From positions 18,838 through 82,837 of IMG/VR virus record IMGVR_UViG_3300040801_005525: a stretch of 64,000 bases of DNA; one strand, given 5' to 3'. This document shows, one piece after another, positions 9,311 through 18,371 of the stretch. The notes beneath the pieces are model-generated. The model ran no database searches. It was not told the origin of the DNA and worked only from the letters and a program-made list of their open reading frames with translations. Within the stretch, counting starts at the first letter, position 1. The number at the start of each line of letters is the position of its first letter. The translations under genes and the position numbers were made by a program. Source of the DNA: a virus.

Positions 9311-9892
9311 ATGCAGACCATCATCACCCTTACCGAAGTCCGCACCCTCACAAACGGCAGCAGACTCGCCCGCTACGAGCTGCGCGGCCAGCGCTGCGCT
9401 TCTTTCGTGCCACGCCAGGGTGACGCGCTCGCATGGCTCCTCTCCTCTCTCTCGCTTACTCAGGAGCCCGCCATGCAAGACGAGCTTGCCGAGGTGCGCA
9501 GCATCATCCACGCCGCAGGCTGGGATCGATGGCGCAAGGCCATCGACGCCGTTCACACCATCAAGGGCGATGCACAGCGCACCGCACAGCTCATGGTCGA
9601 GCAGGCGCTTCGTACCGAGTGGATCGCTACACTCGACCGCGCCGAAGCGCTGCTTCAGCAGCACCTCGACGAGGAGCTTACCGAGTGGGCTGCCGACATG
9701 ACCGACGCGATGCGCGCCGAGGTCGTCGAGGTCGTCGCAGAGCGCCAGGCCGCTTTCGCAGCGCGCCGCAGCGAGATCCGAAGCACGGCGGCCCACACCC
9801 TCATCGAGACCTTTCGTAAGCTCGAGGCGCTCGCGCAAGCAGTCCGCTTCGAGGAGAGCACACGCATCTGTGACGTGCTCGGCTGCCGCTAA
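9311..9892 (+). CDS. Helical hypothetical protein (contains LAEVRS motif)
   Basis: CGGAG RBS; first gene after the promoter. Confidence 0.75.
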   Translation: MQTIITLTEVRTLTNGSRLARYELRGQRCASFVPRQGDALAWLLSSLSLTQEPAMQDELAEVRSIIHAAGWDRWRKAIDAVHTIKGDAQRTAQLMVEQALRTEWIATLDRAEALLQQHLDEELTEWAADMTDAMRAEVVEVVAERQAAFAARRSEIRSTAAHTLIETFRKLEALAQAVRFEESTRICDVLGCR

Positions 9893-9927
9893 TCCCCACC
9901 TTGCCCCTCACTCTACAGGAGATCATC

Positions 9928-10359
9928 ATGACACACCGACTCTACGCCCCCACCGCTGCCGCGCTCACAGAGACCACCCACCAAGACATGCCCGACGACG
10001 CGCCAGAGGGTGCATTCCTCGCAAGCGGTGGACGCCTCGAGCTCGTCACCCCCCGCACCTTCTTCGTCCGTCAAGGCGGAGCATGGATCGAAATGGACCG
10101 AGACGCCTGGCACGAGGCGCGCCGAGCTGCGGTCTGGCAGGCTCGCGCCACGACACACACGAGCGAGTGGCTTGCCGAGTGGCGAGCACAGATGGGAGGA
10201 AGCGAAGCGCACCCCTTGACGCAAGAGCAGCTCGCCGAGATCCTCGGCGTCTCAGTGAGAGCCGTCAAGGGGTGGGAAAAGGACGGCTCACCTCAGCCCT
10301 ATCTGTGGCGCGCGCTCCGAGACTGGGAGGCGCACAGGTACGATGCGATCGAGGAGTAA
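9928..10359 (+). CDS. Xre-family HTH transcriptional regulator (C-terminal HTH)
   Basis: LTQEQLAEILGVSVRAVKGWEKDG; CAGGAG RBS. Confidence 0.85.
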   Translation: MTHRLYAPTAAALTETTHQDMPDDAPEGAFLASGGRLELVTPRTFFVRQGGAWIEMDRDAWHEARRAAVWQARATTHTSEWLAEWRAQMGGSEAHPLTQEQLAEILGVSVRAVKGWEKDGSPQPYLWRALRDWEAHRYDAIEE

Positions 10360-10393
10360 CCGTCAGCGAGACACCCCTCGCTGACTCCACCAA

Positions 10394-10424
10394 CAAAAAC
10401 GCCCCTCCGTGTGAGGGAGGGGCA
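10394..10424. terminator. Hairpin / terminator
   Basis: AAAAAC-GCCCCTCC-GTGTGAG-GGAGGGGC; the A-run gives a U-tail on the minus strand. Confidence 0.5.
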
Positions 10425-10502
10425 TCACTGCAATACGCCTCGCGGCATCACTGCAATGACTGGACTGTCAGTGTAGCGCGAGGCTCACACGAGGACAAGA
10501 CC

Positions 10503-11129
10503 ATGACTCATGAGATCATCACCCCGAACGGCACCACGTGGACCTTTACCATGGATGAGGAGACCGCGCGCGCTGGCGACGTGGATCACCATATCCTCAT
10601 CGACCCCGAAGCGCACACGGCCACCTATTCGTGGATCTCGAGGGGCTCCACAGCATCGAGCGTGTGGCATCGGCTTGAGCGATCGATCGCCGTGCCCGAA
10701 GGGTCAACCCGTGAGAGCGTCCTCGGTCTGCTCGAGGATGGCGCCTACTTCGACGCCGTGGAGGCTGCATGGCAGGGCGCGCAGTGGGATGGCTCGAATC
10801 ATCGCGGCATGTGGGACGAGGATGGCATTATGGCGCTCGCAGACTGGGAGGTGCATGGCCAGTTCGAGGTACTCTTTACCGGAGACGAGGCGCTCGACCA
10901 GCTCCTCTATGGCGCCTCCTCACGCGAACTCTTCGAGGAATGGCTCGAGCTTGGCCCCGCGAGCCACCAGAGCGACGACTTTGCCTATGACCCTGCCGAG
11001 TACGAGAAGAGCCTCTTTGCACACCTTGCGCAGCAGGATCAGGATGACTTGCGCATCGACGAAGAGGACGAGGAAGACATGGCGCTGTGGCGCGCACTCC
11101 AGAATCAGATCAATGTGCGACAATCCTGA
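10503..11129 (+). CDS. Acidic hypothetical protein
   Basis: GAGGA RBS before ATG 10503. Confidence 0.7.
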   Translation: MTHEIITPNGTTWTFTMDEETARAGDVDHHILIDPEAHTATYSWISRGSTASSVWHRLERSIAVPEGSTRESVLGLLEDGAYFDAVEAAWQGAQWDGSNHRGMWDEDGIMALADWEVHGQFEVLFTGDEALDQLLYGASSRELFEEWLELGPASHQSDDFAYDPAEYEKSLFAHLAQQDQDDLRIDEEDEEDMALWRALQNQINVRQS

Positions 11130-11153
11130 GTTTGCGCCTTGCACAAGAAACGC

Positions 11154-11190
11154 AAAGAGCCCGCGTCGTGATGACGCGGGCTCTTCTTAT
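11154..11190. terminator. Bidirectional terminator between the early block and the end of the late operon
   Basis: AAGAGCCCGCGTC-GTGAT-GACGCGGGCTCTT followed by CTTATT. Confidence 0.8.
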
Positions 11191-11295
11191 TCGCTGCAAC
11201 CCGGAACCGCCCCGGGACTCGTTTTCTCCGGCTCTCACGGAGCAAAATAGCTCTTCTCATTGAGGCTTATTGCAGCACAGTTTCATCCTATCGAG

Positions 11296-11751
11296 TCACC
11301 AGCGCCACACGGCAAAGCTCACCGCGGTCGTCACGGCCACGCTCACCCCACACGGCACCCGCGCATCGAGTTCGCCCTGCGCGGCAGGCACGCACAGCGC
11401 GGTCGCGGCGCCAAAGGACGCAGCAAGAAGCACGATGCCCCAAGTCGGACGGCGTGAGAGACTGGCGATCGTGTCGTCCTTCTGAGCTTCACGTGCCGCG
11501 CAGTCCTGGGCGCGCACTGTGCAGGCGTCTTTGTCTCGCTCGCACTTGTGCTTGTCAGCGCGGCACATGTGCACCTCGCGCGCGTCCTTGACGGCTTGTC
11601 GGTAGAAGTTCTTCGTGACGATCTTGGACTCGGGAGGGGGTGACTCACTCATCAACGGCGAGGAGCTCTGCGCGAAGCTCGGCCCACTCTTGATTGAGAG
11701 GATGATCAGGATCGCTAATGTCAGGAGGATCCGGCACTGTATCGATCTCAT
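11296..11751 (-). CDS. Secreted Cys-rich coiled-coil protein with hydrophobic C-terminus; spanin-like candidate
   Basis: Signal-peptide-like N-terminus; last gene of the lysis cassette; overlaps the upstream gene in another frame. Confidence 0.5.
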   Translation of the reverse strand: MRSIQCRILLTLAILIILSIKSGPSFAQSSSPLMSESPPPESKIVTKNFYRQAVKDAREVHMCRADKHKCERDKDACTVRAQDCAAREAQKDDTIASLSRRPTWGIVLLAASFGAATALCVPAAQGELDARVPCGVSVAVTTAVSFAVWRW

Positions 11752-12043
11752 GATGGTCCTCGGCGGTCATGATGGTCGGGTCGAGCACGATCGGAGGGAG
11801 TTCGATCGGAGGGAACTCGCCCTGCTCGGGACGTGGTGCTGTGGGGGGTGGGGAGGGGGTCTCTTTTCTGTCTTTGAGGAGCGTGAGCACGAACAGCGCG
11901 CCAAGTGGCGGGAGCAGGCAGGCCAAGAAGAGCTTCGCCGCCCACACACGCCTCGTCGTGGCCCACACCGTGGCGCTCATCACCACCAACACGCCCCACA
12001 GTACGAGCAGGATGAGGTGTGCCGTCGTCAGCTGGTCGATCAT
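11645..12043 (-). CDS. Membrane protein, 2 TM plus Pro-rich tail (lysis cassette)
   Basis: Two hydrophobic helices; AGGAGG RBS. Confidence 0.65.
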   Translation of the reverse strand: MIDQLTTAHLILLVLWGVLVVMSATVWATTRRVWAAKLFLACLLPPLGALFVLTLLKDRKETPSPPPTAPRPEQGEFPPIELPPIVLDPTIMTAEDHHEIDTVPDPPDISDPDHPLNQEWAELRAELLAVDE

Positions 12044-12705
12044 GGCGCCCTCCTGTAGCGCACGACCGCCCACAGCTGGGCCTCGCCCGTCAGGGTGAGT
12101 GGGTGCGCGTCCACGAGGATCTTGACGCCGTTGACCATGAGCTCGGCGCCGCGCACGACCTCGCCCCGCAAGGCGCGCGCGAGCGGCCAGGACCTCGGCG
12201 GGAGCTCGTGCCCCTCCCAGTCATAGACGGGGCCGATCTGCTCGGCGAGCTCGCGCAGGGTGTCCGCGTCGAGATCCCGGTCCGTGAGCATCAGGATGTG
12301 CAGCGCGCCGCCGTTGCTGATCACGTGGGTCAAGTCGTGCGCCCACACATCCACGCCCTCATCGAAGGTCTTCAAGACCTTCTCGAAGAGCTCCCTGAGC
12401 CTGGCGCGCTCGCGGCGCTCGACCGTCAAGTCCACCTCGAGCGCGTCGATCCTGTACTTGAAGCGCAGCACGGTGCGCTCGCAGTCCTCGTCCTTCTGCT
12501 CGAGCTCTGTGAGGTGCAGCTCGCGCAGCTCACGCACCAGGCGCTCGAGCTCCTCGATGCGGTGCTGCTTGATCCTCACCTGATCTTGCAGGTCCACGGC
12601 GAGATCCATGGCGCTCGTCTCCTCGCCAAGCCCTGGCTGGCTTGCCCTGAGCGCCGCGGCAAAGTCCTCTCCCCCCAGAATCGTCTTGGTGACGTCGTCG
12701 CTCAT
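12040..12705 (-). CDS. Coiled-coil plus PAS-like domain protein
   Basis: C-term EGHELPPRSWPLARALRGEVVRGAELMV..ILVDAHPL..G..WAVV. Confidence 0.65.
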   Translation of the reverse strand: MSDDVTKTILGGEDFAAALRASQPGLGEETSAMDLAVDLQDQVRIKQHRIEELERLVRELRELHLTELEQKDEDCERTVLRFKYRIDALEVDLTVERRERARLRELFEKVLKTFDEGVDVWAHDLTHVISNGGALHILMLTDRDLDADTLRELAEQIGPVYDWEGHELPPRSWPLARALRGEVVRGAELMVNGVKILVDAHPLTLTGEAQLWAVVRYRRAP

Positions 12706-13082
12706 CCATCTGCCTTTCTTGTCAGGGAGGGTGCCGCATCGGCGAGGTTGAGGGAGTCGGACACCTCGTCGAGCCCTCGCGCCTCGAGGGTGTGCCGCGT
12801 CTCGCGCAGCTTGTCTTGCAACTCCTCGACCTTCTGCTCGAGCGCCTTGCACCTGTCCTGATAGTAGAGCACGCGTGCCGTCTCCGAGTCCTCGAGCTCC
12901 TTGATGCGCGCAGCCTGCGCCTCGATGGTCTTGGCCTGGGTGTCGGTCGCATCCTTGGCGGAGCCACGTTTATAATCGAGCGTCCAACGCCAGCCATAGA
13001 CGAGCAAGGCCACAGCGCCACCAAGGGTCATCCCCTTTGGCGACATGATCAGTTCGAGGAGGTTTGGATCGGGCGTGGCCAT
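12702..13082 (-). CDS. Single-TM coiled-coil protein (holin or lysis accessory candidate)
   Basis: N-terminal TM (MTLGGAVALLVYGW) then coiled coil; AGGAGG RBS. Confidence 0.65.
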   Translation of the reverse strand: MATPDPNLLELIMSPKGMTLGGAVALLVYGWRWTLDYKRGSAKDATDTQAKTIEAQAARIKELEDSETARVLYYQDRCKALEQKVEELQDKLRETRHTLEARGLDEVSDSLNLADAAPSLTRKADG

Positions 13083-13489
13083 CGTGGAGCCTCCTGACTG
13101 GTGTAGAGGGTGAGGGCCGCGAGCAGCGCAGCGACCCCGTAGGAGGGTGTGGAGGTGAGCCACACGGAGGTCTCGCCAAAGGCCACCACGCAGGCACACC
13201 ACCACACCAGGCAGAATGCCAGGACGATCCAGCGCACACACAGCGCCACACGACCAGGGATGATGGCGAGGATCAGGTCACACACCCCGAGGAGGAGCGG
13301 CACGAGCCCTGCGGCGCCCTGGATGCCGCCATACTCCGCCCATTCGTACATGTCGCGCAGCTCGGGCGGCAGCAGGCGCGCGCCCACCAACACCCAGAGC
13401 CCCCACCATATGAGCCAGGTCGAGTGCGCGGCGGCAGCGGGGTTGCACGCCCGCAGAATGCGTCGAGGGGTCTGGAGTAGGCGTCTCAC
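13049..13489 (-). CDS. Multi-pass membrane protein (holin candidate)
   Basis: About 4 hydrophobic helices; downstream of the endolysin. Confidence 0.6.
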   Translation of the reverse strand: MRRLLQTPRRILRACNPAAAAHSTWLIWWGLWVLVGARLLPPELRDMYEWAEYGGIQGAAGLVPLLLGVCDLILAIIPGRVALCVRWIVLAFCLVWWCACVVAFGETSVWLTSTPSYGVAALLAALTLYTSQEAPRWPRPIQTSSN

Positions 13490-13785
13490 TTGTCCTCCTC
13501 CTTGATCGACACCTCGCCCGAGATCTCGAGCTTGGAGCCGCCCGGCCCCTCCGCACGCAGGCCCGCGTAGCGTCGCAGCCCCACGAGCGTCACCGTGCCC
13601 GCCACGCAGAGCACGGCGCCGATCAGGCCAAAGTACACATAGGGCATCAGATCCTCGCGCTGCTCTGTGGCGAGCTGGGTCAGGAGCAAGCCCGCACCGC
13701 TGGCGAGCACGACGAGGATCCCCGTGAGGATCAGGAGGTAGCCGCTTCGCTCGTGCGGCTCGTCAAGGGGTGATGGGGTGGCCAT
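13486..13785 (-). CDS. 2-TM membrane protein (holin candidate)
   Basis: Two TM helices and a charged C-terminus; GAGGAG RBS. Confidence 0.65.
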   Translation of the reverse strand: MATPSPLDEPHERSGYLLILTGILVVLASGAGLLLTQLATEQREDLMPYVYFGLIGAVLCVAGTVTLVGLRRYAGLRAEGPGGSKLEISGEVSIKEEDK

Positions 13786-13811
13786 GGAGTACTCCTCTGG
13801 TGAAGCGTGAA

Positions 13812-14444
13812 TCAGCGCAGCGCGCTGCCGGTGAAGTGATGGAGCTCGAAGCGGTACGCATGCAGGCAGTCCTTGAGGGGCCGCTCGTTACGCACCACAC
13901 CCTCGCCGCGTGTTCCATCGCCGAGGGTGCCGATGGCGTTGCCCTCCACACACGCGATGACCCCTCTCTCCAGATCAGGCGGTCCCTCGGCGAGCATGAT
14001 GTGATCCCCCTCGGGCCTGTTGGTCCTCGGCGTGTCGAGGATCACGATGTCCCCGCGGATCGCGTCCTTCGGGTCGAGGCGCTCCATCCTCGGCACCCCT
14101 GCGCGCCTGTATTGCCTGTCTGAGACGAGGCGTGTGCACGAGGGGATCACGAAGGTGGCCATCAGCGGGTTGATCGACACATCGAGGCATTGCCCCGGCA
14201 TGATGAAGTCCCCGACCTCCATGCCGCAGGCCGCCACGTGGATCCCACACCACATCGTGTCGCTCGTCTCCTTGTAGCCGCCGTGTTTGTCGATGGCCCA
14301 CCCCCATCTCACCAGACGAAAGAGGCGCTCGATCTCGAGCCTGTCGCCCACATAGCCGCGCTGGATGTCCCGAATGGTGAGCTCCCAGTTGGCAAGCGCT
14401 GCGTCGACGAGGGCGTCGCGCAGCTGTTCAATGGTGATCGTCAT
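13812..14444 (-). CDS. CHAP-type amidase/peptidase, putative endolysin
   Basis: WCGIHV (catalytic Cys), RGDIVIL, HIML (His), VEGN. Confidence 0.75.
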   Translation of the reverse strand: MTITIEQLRDALVDAALANWELTIRDIQRGYVGDRLEIERLFRLVRWGWAIDKHGGYKETSDTMWCGIHVAACGMEVGDFIMPGQCLDVSINPLMATFVIPSCTRLVSDRQYRRAGVPRMERLDPKDAIRGDIVILDTPRTNRPEGDHIMLAEGPPDLERGVIACVEGNAIGTLGDGTRGEGVVRNERPLKDCLHAYRFELHHFTGSALR

Positions 14445-14937
14445 GGGGCACCTCGTGATGGGGAGTGGGGTTAAAGCGCTCGAACAGCTGCCTGTACTGG
14501 TCAGGGAGTCGAAGTGGCATCGGCCCTTGTGACCACGCCACGCTCCCCACGAAGAAGTGAAAGATGAAGACGCAGGTCACGACCCAGTGGTGGCGAGGCT
14601 GGCCCACGCCGAGCGCCGCGCACGCAATGAGCCCTGCGCCATACACGGCGAGCGCCACGGTCACCTGCCACGGCGTGCGAAAAAGCTGGGGGCCAAACAA
14701 ATGCCCCGAGAGCACGCCGCAGCCTGCCGGGATGAACGCCACGAAAAGGCTCCACAGCGCAGTCTGTTCGCTGATGGTGTCGCCAAGCTTCGTGCTCACC
14801 GCAGGCAGGATGTCATAGAGGATCACGAGGATCGTGCCGAGGAGGAGCAGCCCGAGCGTAAACTCGAGGTAATCCCCCTTTTTGATGCGCTCCACGAGCT
14901 CTCGCTCGCTCGACTGCGTCGGGGTAGGTCTTTGCAT
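14428..14937 (-). CDS. Multi-pass membrane protein
   Basis: At least 4 TM helices; CGGAG RBS. Confidence 0.65.
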   Translation of the reverse strand: MQRPTPTQSSERELVERIKKGDYLEFTLGLLLLGTILVILYDILPAVSTKLGDTISEQTALWSLFVAFIPAGCGVLSGHLFGPQLFRTPWQVTVALAVYGAGLIACAALGVGQPRHHWVVTCVFIFHFFVGSVAWSQGPMPLRLPDQYRQLFERFNPTPHHEVPHDDHH

Positions 14938-15056
14938 GAAGTCTCCGCTGAGATAGGGGGGGATGGCGCCTCAAGGGAGGACACCTCGGACAAGCCACCC
15001 GATCAGGAGCCCTGCGAGCACACACCCCATGTGCGCTCGTAAGCCCCAAAGCCTGA

Positions 15057-15371
15057 TCAGGTAGGCCCGTTTGGGTCCGTCCAGGGCACGAGGTTGAAGG
15101 CGCCCGCGAGCTCCACGAGCGAGGCATACTCCTGCTGCCCCTCGCTCCCCTCGTCGACATACGCCCATACGAGCCCCGTGATGCCCCCGAGCTGCTCGAT
15201 CTGAGCGGCAGGGGCGCTGCCTTGCCCCCCATAGTGCGTGATGGTGTGTGAGCCTGAATTCAGGGCGAGCGCCACGGTCAGGCCCGCAAGATCCGGGGCC
15301 TGGTTGAGCACATCCTGTCTGATGCGTTGAATGTCTGCGGCTGGGCCGTACAGGGCGATTTCTCGTCTCAT
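15057..15371 (-). CDS. Hypothetical late protein
   Basis: GGAGAGG RBS before ATG 15371. Confidence 0.65.
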   Translation of the reverse strand: MRREIALYGPAADIQRIRQDVLNQAPDLAGLTVALALNSGSHTITHYGGQGSAPAAQIEQLGGITGLVWAYVDEGSEGQQEYASLVELAGAFNLVPWTDPNGPT

Positions 15372-15402
15372 GGTGTCCTCTCCATCATGGTGGTCAATAA
15401 GG

Positions 15403-15843
15403 TCAGATCGCGGGGATCGGCTCGTAGGGCTTGACGCCAAAGTCGCGCATCACCTCGCGGCGGTCATGCAGCACGACCCAGCGCCCCTCCTGCTTGATCT
15501 TGTGTGCGAAGAGCAGCGCGATGCACCGCCCCTCAGGCCCGAGTCGTGCGATAAACGTGTCCCCTCCTCGGAACACCTCCTTGACCCCGGAGTCGGGCAG
15601 AGGCTCCGGGTAGAGCTCGCGGTACACGATCGCGAGCGAGAAGCGCGTCACGACCTCCGAGGGGATCGCGAGCTCGGCGGCGTAGTGGGTGTGCGTGTGC
15701 CCCCCCTCGTTGCTCCACTCGGGGTCAAAGTTCACGAAGTGCTCCCCGAGCTCCTTGAACGCCTCGTTCACGATGCGTTGTGCGTCCTCCCTGTCCTCGC
15801 GTGGCACGAGCACAAAGAGCCTGGTGTCATTACGTGGGGTCAT
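15403..15843 (-). CDS. Hypothetical late protein
   Basis: 146 aa ORF within the operon. Confidence 0.65.
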   Translation of the reverse strand: MTPRNDTRLFVLVPREDREDAQRIVNEAFKELGEHFVNFDPEWSNEGGHTHTHYAAELAIPSEVVTRFSLAIVYRELYPEPLPDSGVKEVFRGGDTFIARLGPEGRCIALLFAHKIKQEGRWVVLHDRREVMRDFGVKPYEPIPAI

Positions 15844-17263
15844 CTTCTTTGCCTCCGCAGGTCCAGTTCATGTCATCGCAGTAGCGCTCCCAGCGCGTCA
15901 GCTCGGTCACCGTCATCTCGGCGCGCTTGACCCCAAAGCCCCTGAGGTCTCCCTCGAAGAAGAAGCCAAGCGAGGTGCCCCCCGAAATCCTCCTGCACCC
16001 GAGGGTGAAGGTGGTCATGGCCGTCTCGACAGAGCTCGAGCCGCTCTGTGTGACGATGGGCGTCACCTCATCAGGGGAGACCCATGCCGCGATGTCGACG
16101 CTGCGCGCGCCCGACCCCGTGGGGCCCTCGACCACCTCGATGACCGTCCAGTCGTCTGCCGGATCCACGCCAAAGAAGGTGTCGACTGTGGCGCCTGCGC
16201 GCCGAATGAAGGGGTAATGGTTGTTGAAGCGTGCATAGGCCGACACCCATGTGCCGCTGTCATCGTTGCCCGCGCTCCACATGTACCTGTAGCTCGAGGA
16301 GCCTGCGGTCATGTCGCTGTGCGCCATGGCGACCGTGTAGGTCTCCCCGGGGTTAAACCACGAGGCGATCGCGTCGATCTCGATCTTGTCGTCCACGCCA
16401 TCAGCCTCTGCGGCACCAGGCACGCCCCCTGCGTCCGCGCGATAGGTGTAGCGCGCGCTGCCCGTGCTCGTGCCGTCGATCCCGAGGTTTCGCCCGAGCC
16501 AGGAGGTGATCCCATCCCCGTCGACATAGCCCTGGTCCTCGAGATCCTGGTAGTCCCAGTACTCATCAAACAGCAGCTCGGGTGCCTGGCGCACGCTCGC
16601 CGTGGGGGCGCTCGTGGCGTCGTCGCTGCCTGCGCCATTTTCGGCAGTGACTGTACACGTCAGCTGCGCGCCCACGTCCTCGTACTGCACGACATAGGTC
16701 GAGAGCGTGGCGCCAGACAGGGCCACGCCATCACGCTTCCACTGGTAGGCATACGTGATGGGGGTGGTGCCCGTGACGCTCCCGTCGCTCACCGAGAGCG
16801 TCTGACCTTCCTTGGCCTCCCCCGAGATGACGGGGTCCACGATGAAGGCGGGCGCCTGCGCGCCCACGACCACATCCACGGGGTCACTCGTACCCGTCAC
16901 ATCGGGATCGATGCCGTTCGAGTACACCTCATTGAGGCGCACTTGCTTGCCCGCCTGGCCGCTCGAGGTCGAGAGCGTCAAGCTGTCGGTGCCATTGAGC
17001 TCGACCCACAGCCCCGAATCGAGCCGAAGCTCCCAGTAGCGCCGCACGAGGCTTGGCGCAGGTTGCCCCGCATAGGTGCCTCCTGTTCCAGTGACATCCT
17101 CCCCGGCATTGACCTCGTTCGGCGCGCTCGGGGGAGTGACGACGCTCGGCACCACGGTTTGTGCCCCGGGCACATAGTCCGTGAGCAGGACGTGGCGCGC
17201 GATGCGTGGCCCCATCGTGGATTGCGCGCTCGCCGCCCTGAATGTGCTCTGCTTGATGGTCAC
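15830..17263 (-). CDS. Tail or virion adhesin: tandem Ig-like repeats plus a LamG/concanavalin-like domain
   Basis: PVISGEAKEGQTLSVSDGSVTGTTPITYAYQWKRDG..LTCTVTAENGAG; C-term ADGVDD..FTLGCRR..FFEGDL. Confidence 0.7.
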   Translation of the reverse strand: MTIKQSTFRAASAQSTMGPRIARHVLLTDYVPGAQTVVPSVVTPPSAPNEVNAGEDVTGTGGTYAGQPAPSLVRRYWELRLDSGLWVELNGTDSLTLSTSSGQAGKQVRLNEVYSNGIDPDVTGTSDPVDVVVGAQAPAFIVDPVISGEAKEGQTLSVSDGSVTGTTPITYAYQWKRDGVALSGATLSTYVVQYEDVGAQLTCTVTAENGAGSDDATSAPTASVRQAPELLFDEYWDYQDLEDQGYVDGDGITSWLGRNLGIDGTSTGSARYTYRADAGGVPGAAEADGVDDKIEIDAIASWFNPGETYTVAMAHSDMTAGSSSYRYMWSAGNDDSGTWVSAYARFNNHYPFIRRAGATVDTFFGVDPADDWTVIEVVEGPTGSGARSVDIAAWVSPDEVTPIVTQSGSSSVETAMTTFTLGCRRISGGTSLGFFFEGDLRGFGVKRAEMTVTELTRWERYCDDMNWTCGGKEDDPT

Positions 17264-17267
17264 AGCC

Positions 17268-17651
17268 TTACCCCGCCAGCTCGATGATGGTCACAGGCTC
17301 TTCCTCGCTCGAGTAGACCTCGGCGGCGGAGAGCCTCACAGTGCACTGCACGAAGGCGGGCTCGGCATCGAGCGCCTGCGTCTGTGTGGGGGAGAGCGTC
17401 GCGCGCACATAGGGCCCCGTGCTCTGCGCCCCGTCCGTGTCGCGCAGACTGAAGATGTCGGCTTCAGGCGAGCCATTGGCCGAGTCGAACGAGACGAGCG
17501 CCTCGCCGCGCTCATCGACCACCACGAGCTTGAATGTGATGCCCGCACCTCCGGTCAACATGTCCTCACCAAAGGCATCCTTCGGGCGCCACTCGCGCGC
17601 CCAGGTGTTCCCCTTCTTGATGGTGTCTTCGGGGGCATAATAGCAGCTCAT
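17268..17651 (-). CDS. Small tail/baseplate beta-sandwich protein (BppU-N-like)
   Basis: IKKGNTW..VRATLSPTQTQAL pattern; position; AAGGAG RBS. Confidence 0.5.
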   Translation of the reverse strand: MSCYYAPEDTIKKGNTWAREWRPKDAFGEDMLTGGAGITFKLVVVDERGEALVSFDSANGSPEADIFSLRDTDGAQSTGPYVRATLSPTQTQALDAEPAFVQCTVRLSAAEVYSSEEEPVTIIELAG

Positions 17652-17744
17652 GGGGCTCCTCTTGGCGCAAAAAGGCCTTGGCGATCGTCACGTGTGCGAC
17701 GAATCGGTTCAGGTGTGCTGTGGGGGGTGGGATGGGGTCTTTTT

Positions 17745-18371
17745 CTAGTAGATCAGGGGGAGGTCGGCGGGCTGGTACCAGGCCTCGGTGAGGTAGCCCT
17801 GATCGAGGATGGCAGGGTTGCCGCTCTGGCTGAGGGAGACCTTGTAGCGCACCTCGAAGGGCAGCGGCACGAGCTCGCCTGTGTCCACATCGACATAGCG
17901 GGTCGAGGCCACAACCATCTCGAAATACCCCTCGACCCAGACCTCTCCAACGAGGGGCTGGTCGAGCACGATCGTGTCGAGCAGCCCCTCGCCATACACC
18001 GTGTCGGCGCCATCGTGGGCGATGTGGCGCGCGCGCCAGAGCTCCACTTCGAGCTTCATGTTCGACACATAGAACTCGCACAGGAGCGCGACGTGTGTCG
18101 CCTGCGTCTTGAAGGGGCGATGGGGCCGGATGTACGCGCTCTGGCTTGTGAGGTCCGGCGCGCTCCCTGCCACATCGGGGGCGGTGGTCCACCCCGCGCT
18201 CGTGGTGATGAAGGGCTCCCCTTCATAGAGAGAGGCGATGCTCCCTGATCGGGCGTGCCGGTGGTGAGCGCGTGAGGCGAGGCGTTGCGCGCTGCGGGCC
18301 GTGATGAGCCTGCCGGGGAGCCTGTCCCCGAGCGGTTCGGGCTCGTGATGGGTGGCCATGTCAAGGGGCAT
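17745..18371 (-). CDS. Minor tail protein
   Basis: Position in the tail module; start uncertain (18371 or 18359). Confidence 0.55.
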   Translation of the reverse strand: MPLDMATHHEPEPLGDRLPGRLITARSAQRLASRAHHRHARSGSIASLYEGEPFITTSAGWTTAPDVAGSAPDLTSQSAYIRPHRPFKTQATHVALLCEFYVSNMKLEVELWRARHIAHDGADTVYGEGLLDTIVLDQPLVGEVWVEGYFEMVVASTRYVDVDTGELVPLPFEVRYKVSLSQSGNPAILDQGYLTEAWYQPADLPLIY

